Source: a virus. From it: a stretch of 64,000 bases of DNA. The stretch lies in IMG/VR virus record IMGVR_UViG_3300045988_171964; one strand, 5' to 3'. This document shows positions 60,037-64,000 of this stretch, one piece after another (the first letter of the stretch is position 1; every line of letters starts with the position of its first letter). The position numbers and the translations under genes were made by a program. The notes under the pieces are model-generated. The model had not been told where the DNA came from. It was given only the letters and a program-made list of their open reading frames with translations, and did not search any database.

Positions 60037-60172
60037 TTCGCTGTTCTCTAAAAAAGATGAAGCCTTCCGCTCCTTAATCCGAGGAGCAGAAGGCTTCATC
60101 TTATTCCTAAACACGCATACGCCCTGGGCTAGGATTTTCTGCCCTTTCAGGGCGTGTGGGACTTACTCGGAG

Positions 60173-61018
60173 CTATTGATACGCTTCGTCTCTGTTCTTC
60201 CTCCATATCGATGAGAGGTAGCCGTTTTCGCAGTTATAAAGTTTGATGAGCGAACCGTAAAGGTTCATATAATAGAAGGTAGCCACATGTCCCTCTACCA
60301 GATAACCATTGATCGTAACCTTTCCGTTCTTCGTAGAATAGGTGGTAGTGAAGTCCTTCTCACCCTCTATCACCATGTGCATGGTGCCATCCTCGTTAAA
60401 CGTCATGGAACCCATGCAATTCTTCTTCTTTCCATCTTTTGTCATAGTTATGACGCAATACCAGGTACCCCTTATCGCCGCATCATGGTCCGTCTCATCC
60501 GAAATATCATTCAGCGTTCTGCCGCATCTCATCTGGCATTCATTGCCGTTGGCGAAGGTTCCTACAATCAGCGGGCGCATATCGATGCTCGCCGATGTCC
60601 CGCTGCCCGTAAGCTTGTTGCTCTCCTGCAGATGTACACCCGAGATAGTCTCATTCAGCAGATTCTTGATATTGAAGCTTTTCGGTGTGCCCACCTCGAA
60701 GCGGGTAGTAAGCCTGTCGCCATCCATCTGCCAGTAGCCGAAGGCAGTGTTAGGCTCGATAACATAACCGCCTGGAGTCAAATCGCCACCATCCTCATAA
60801 TAAACCATGTGGTTCTTGTAGTAGAAATAAGTACCCCTGGTGCTGTTGATGGTCCACTCGTTGCCGGCAAGATATTCCTTCACCTTAGCCGCCTCCTTCT
60901 CACTCTCATCCTCGCTGCTGCTGCAAGCCGCCAGCGAAGCCGTAATCATTCCCATGGCTACTACCGAGAAGATAGCCATCATGGAATGTTTCATCATCAT
61001 TAAAAAGTTCTTTTTCAT
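60173..61018 (-). CDS. putative lipoprotein
   Basis: Signal peptide with lipobox ITASLAAC followed by SSSEDES. 281 aa. Confidence 0.65.
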   Translation of the reverse strand: MKKNFLMMMKHSMMAIFSVVAMGMITASLAACSSSEDESEKEAAKVKEYLAGNEWTINSTRGTYFYYKNHMVYYEDGGDLTPGGYVIEPNTAFGYWQMDGDRLTTRFEVGTPKSFNIKNLLNETISGVHLQESNKLTGSGTSASIDMRPLIVGTFANGNECQMRCGRTLNDISDETDHDAAIRGTWYCVITMTKDGKKKNCMGSMTFNEDGTMHMVIEGEKDFTTTYSTKNGKVTINGYLVEGHVATFYYMNLYGSLIKLYNCENGYLSSIWRKNRDEAYQ

Positions 61019-61043
61019 TTCTTATTCTATTATAACTGTTTAA

Positions 61044-61520
61044 TTATTCATTACCAATCAGCACAACACCCACCGTTACTTTCTTGCCACAGTGTGGACA
61101 ATACGCAAATGTTCGCATCATTCCATTATCAGCATGATTTTCGCCATTTTCAGTACGCAATTCGTCGTTTTCCGTACACGCGCCCTCATCCGCTGCGTTC
61201 ATCACGGCCAATTTATCCACAATCTTATCCACATTTTCTTTCTTGATGCTAGGGTAAGCCTTTCTTATAATATCCTGCAGTTCCTTCATGGTAGGATAAG
61301 CCCCCTCTTCTTGTGTCTCTGCCTCTTCCGCTGGGTCGGGATAGAAGAGGTCGGTGATGTCGCAGCCGATGGCTACGGCAATATCCTCTAACTTCTTCAC
61401 GGTAGGATTGCCTTTTATTACCGATGTTAAGCTTTGAGGAGAGAGACCTAATTTCTCGCCAAGTTGAACCTGGGTTATATTATGATCAGACAAAGCTCTT
61501 TTTATATCTAAGTATTTCAT
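61044..61520 (-). CDS. XRE-family HTH transcriptional regulator with C-terminal zinc-ribbon
   Basis: ITQVQLGEKLGLSPQSLTSVIKGNPTVKKLEDIAVAIGCDITDLF is an HTH_3 pattern. The C-terminus has CPHCGKK. Confidence 0.8.
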   Translation of the reverse strand: MKYLDIKRALSDHNITQVQLGEKLGLSPQSLTSVIKGNPTVKKLEDIAVAIGCDITDLFYPDPAEEAETQEEGAYPTMKELQDIIRKAYPSIKKENVDKIVDKLAVMNAADEGACTENDELRTENGENHADNGMMRTFAYCPHCGKKVTVGVVLIGNE

Positions 61521-61557
61521 ATTGCTTTATTTTTATCATATTGTTGTTTACGTGGTA

Positions 61558-61565
61558 CAAAAGTA
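61558..61565 (-). promoter_or_regulatory. -7 box TACTTTTG (minus strand) for the XRE gene
   Basis: The reverse complement of CAAAAGTA lies 38 nt upstream of the ATG at 61520. Confidence 0.45.
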
Positions 61566-61660
61566 TAATATATTTTTATAATATACAAGTTTTTAGCCTA
61601 AAAAATGGTTAAAATAAAGGTTTTTGTTTAAAAACGTTTGGTTGTTTCGATAAATCTCCT

Positions 61661-61668
61661 TATCTTTG
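61661..61668 (+). promoter_or_regulatory. -7 box TATCTTTG, divergent from the XRE promoter
   Basis: TAnnTTTG on the plus strand ~100 nt from the minus-strand box. The layout resembles a divergent switch. Confidence 0.4.
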
Positions 61669-62075
61669 CACCGTCTAAAAAATAAAACATTCGGAATGTA
61701 GAGCATGGAGTATCGAAGCACATGATGTGTCTCTGATACAGAGGCTGCATATAGATATATGGCAGTACGTACTCCCCTGCTTGCGATGTAATGTCGTCAG
61801 CGTGGTTTGCTCTACTATGCTCGAGCGTTTTACCATTAGACAAGGGGTTAAGGACGTACTGCCTCTTTTTATATATAAATATGTGCGTCAATGTCTAACA
61901 AAAATTAGTAGCATAACATGAATGAAACAACAATTACCCTACCGATGGGTAAAGCTGACCTCCAAGAGGCAGCCACGGCAGTAATCGAGCAGCTTGCCAC
62001 TGCACCACCCGATACCGGGAGTATGAGTCAGGAACAGTCCATATCCTATAATATGGGTTTGAGTATCCTTTTTGC

Positions 62076-63629
62076 ATGCTTGCGCTCCACCTTTTAGTAA
62101 ATATCAATGTTTCACCTTTAAAAATCATTTTTATGTGTGATTATAAGTCTTCTTTAAGCAAAAAGGAAATCAATGCGATAAGAAACGTATTAAATGGAAC
62201 TATTTCTATGGAGCATTGTTGTCTTTCGGATTTAAAGCAAAAGCAAATAATACTCGCGGCCAATATTTTCCTTAAATATTCTTCAGAGTTTAATCTTGAT
62301 TCCGATTTGAATAATCTTTTCGTTATTATGATGGATAATAAGCATAAAGAAAGAGATTGGCATCGAATAAAAGCTTACTATGAGTTAATTAAAGATTTAA
62401 TTAATAGTGGCGAAAAACTCAATTTAGTTAAGTTCCGTATTTCTAAAGTCAAAAATGTAATCGGCGATTTAAAGAAAAAGACGGTTATCCAATCCATGGC
62501 AATTTCTGAGAATGTATACAAGGAACGTTATAAAGAATTGGTATTGGGTTTGATTGAACAGCAGGGGAAGGAGGCAAAAGCTTATTTCGATTCCCTCAAG
62601 CCTTATAATGATCATGTTAGAAGGTATAGCTATAGTACAGAAAAACAAAATAGAACGAAAGATATGTTCGTTAGCGAACTGAAAGATATTTATGGAGATT
62701 TGTATGATTATTCTTCTGTAATATATAAAAATAGAAAAACAAAGGTTACTCTATTTTGCAAGAAACATAGTCTTTCTTTCCAACGGACCCCTTCTAATTT
62801 GCTTAAAGGCTACGGCTGCCCATGCTGCAACAAGGAACTGGGGCGAACTTATAAGAACACCGTAGAAGCTGCTTATTTGCCGGAAAGACGCAACCTCCGT
62901 TGGGACACAGATAGATTCATCAAGGAATCTGAGTATATATTCGGAAAGGGAACGTTTGATTATTCTAAATGCCATTATGTAAATAGTAAAACGCCTGTTA
63001 CACTGATACAGGTAAGTACAGGGAAAGAATTTTCTGTTAGACCTACCGAACATCTGCGTCATCCTGCCTACAGAGATACGGACTCAGAGTATTACAAAGG
63101 TACTACAGATAAGCAGAAGATATATTATTATGCTGATTGCGTTCGTCGGGAATTGGCAAGTAAGGTTTATATTCCTATGCAGCACGTAGAATCATATAAA
63201 AGATTTAAGTGTATTTGTCCTGTTCACGGAGAGTTTTTTACCGATTTGATTAATATTCATAAAGGCGTAGGTTGTCCGGATTGTACTTCAAAAAAAGAGA
63301 GTTTGGGAGAACGGGCTGTCAGAAGATATTTGCAGCAAAAAGGTATTGAATATATACAGGAATATACTATTCGAGACAAACGATATTTTGATACTTTTGC
63401 CCGTATTGATTTCTATGTGCCCGATAAGAATATGTTTATAGAGTTTCAAGGCGAGCAGCATTACAATATAGCTGTGTCTAAGATAACTCATAACAGCCGT
63501 GGGTGGCAGAAGCAAAAAAAGCGAGATGATCATCTGCGAGCTTATTCAGAGAGTAAGGGAATATCTTTAGTAGAGGTACCTTATACTTATAGAAATAACG
63601 TTTCAGTTTTTCTTGACAAATACTTTTAA
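62076..63629 (+). CDS. zinc-ribbon repeat protein with C-terminal Vsr/DUF559-like endonuclease domain (homing-endonuclease-like)
   Basis: Repeated C..H....(G)CP.C modules (FCKKHSLSF..GYGCPCC; CICPVHGEFF..GVGCPDC). The C-terminus ESLGERAVRRYLQQKGIEYIQEY...RIDFYVPDKNMFIEFQGEQHY fits a PD-(D/E)XK Vsr-like core. The start may be ATG 62133. Confidence 0.5.
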   Translation: MLALHLLVNINVSPLKIIFMCDYKSSLSKKEINAIRNVLNGTISMEHCCLSDLKQKQIILAANIFLKYSSEFNLDSDLNNLFVIMMDNKHKERDWHRIKAYYELIKDLINSGEKLNLVKFRISKVKNVIGDLKKKTVIQSMAISENVYKERYKELVLGLIEQQGKEAKAYFDSLKPYNDHVRRYSYSTEKQNRTKDMFVSELKDIYGDLYDYSSVIYKNRKTKVTLFCKKHSLSFQRTPSNLLKGYGCPCCNKELGRTYKNTVEAAYLPERRNLRWDTDRFIKESEYIFGKGTFDYSKCHYVNSKTPVTLIQVSTGKEFSVRPTEHLRHPAYRDTDSEYYKGTTDKQKIYYYADCVRRELASKVYIPMQHVESYKRFKCICPVHGEFFTDLINIHKGVGCPDCTSKKESLGERAVRRYLQQKGIEYIQEYTIRDKRYFDTFARIDFYVPDKNMFIEFQGEQHYNIAVSKITHNSRGWQKQKKRDDHLRAYSESKGISLVEVPYTYRNNVSVFLDKYF

Positions 63630-63924
63630 TAAAATGATAGGCTATAATTTCCGAATAAGATTATAGCCTATTTTTTGAATTTATTTTTATCTCCTGTAAA
63701 TCTCTGATAATTAATGCCTTTCTAATGTTTCTCCGTTAGTTTTTCACATCGCTGCCTAATGCCCTCTTGTTTTTTACAGCCCGAGAGGAGAATATAAATA
63801 ATTGAATATCAGAGAAAACCCATAGGTTCCAACACCCTTTCAGCACCTCACTCTCGAGCAGCACTGCGCCACCACACTGGTATTTTGCCCCCCTGCCCCC
63901 CTGCCTGGCTCCGTCTGAAATATG

Positions 63925-63993
63925 CCCACCAACACCAGGAGACACGCCCACCGATGAGCACACACCGCCCACCGTCTGGACTTATCACCCACC
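63925..63993. repeat. CCCACC boxes at ~21-bp spacing, cut by the window edge
   Basis: CCCACC at 63925, 63947, 63968 and 63988. Confidence 0.6.
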
Positions 63994-64000
63994 AACACCA

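Noticed and set aside
59330-60170. A prophage/host junction (att site) right after the strong terminator at 59350-59396.
   Set aside because: Phage-specific Motif-A copies (59725, 60008) and the A-tract element continue beyond it. No integrase, tRNA or direct-repeat pair was found, so the boundary cannot be placed inside this window.
61628-61921. Small overlapping ORFs 61628-61891 (minus) and 61727-61921 (plus) between the XRE gene and the nuclease-like gene.
   Set aside because: They are mutually exclusive and have no motifs. The region is better treated as a regulatory spacer until transcript data exist.
1-64000. Search for a diversity-generating retroelement, retron, tRNA genes or a toxin-antitoxin pair.
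   Set aside because: No reverse-transcriptase-like ORF, no template/variable repeat pair near the fibre genes, and no tRNA-like T-arm/cloverleaf sequence was recognised by eye. None of these can be supported.

Overview
Nearly the whole window looks like one large tailed phage or prophage of Bacteroidota type. The evidence is the recurrent TAnnTTTG -7 boxes, the absence of Shine-Dalgarno sites and A-rich start contexts. GC is mid-40s % by eye. No integrase, att site, tRNA, CRISPR array or reverse transcriptase was seen.

Modules, left to right:
- 0-5 kb: small early-type ORFs, including a PD-(D/E)XK-like nuclease and a GNAT.
- 5.3-11.6 kb, minus strand: large terminase, two tandem amino-DNA methyltransferases, and a PP-loop/PAPS-reductase-family gene broken at a G8 tract.
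- 11.8-19.9 kb: holin, two unknown ORFs and a 2072-aa tape measure protein.
- 20.0-20.8 kb: non-coding iteron / inverted-repeat region, a putative origin.
- 20.8-26.4 kb: primase-like initiator, guanylate-kinase-like kinase, ThyX-like protein and unknowns.
- 26.7-30.5 kb: S49 prohead protease-scaffold and major capsid protein.
- 30.7-33.9 kb: accessory island with a LysR regulator.
- 34.0-36.5 kb: GH108 endolysin, an SSB-like protein and an unknown ORF.
- 36.5-39.8 kb: an unusual C5-cytosine methyltransferase locus.
- 40-59.3 kb: putative portal, tail/baseplate proteins and a 2105-aa tail fibre.
- 59.4-64 kb: repeats, a lipoprotein, an XRE regulator and a zinc-ribbon nuclease-like ORF.

Most interesting observations:
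1. A circularly permuted C5-MTase core that lacks a target-recognition domain (TRD). It is flanked by about 11 translationally coupled mini-cistrons, most carrying one isolated TRD-like block. They are joined by a conserved 9-nt junction, TATGA(A/T)TA(A/G), containing an 8-nt stop/start overlap.
2. A complete FabF/B-type ketoacyl synthase plus an acyl carrier protein sitting inside the tail gene block.
3. Two phage-specific repeat families. One is a 12-copy, one-orientation hairpin, CCGTTCCCAGCGATTCTATCGCTGG. The other is a set of long hairpins built from TTCAACA heptamers that supply the 3' codons of several genes and bracket the ACP gene.
4. Sense-strand G7-G8 tracts concentrated in DNA-modification genes.
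5. AT-rich mosaic blocks in the tail fibre region.

All functional calls rest on motifs read by eye. No database search was possible.
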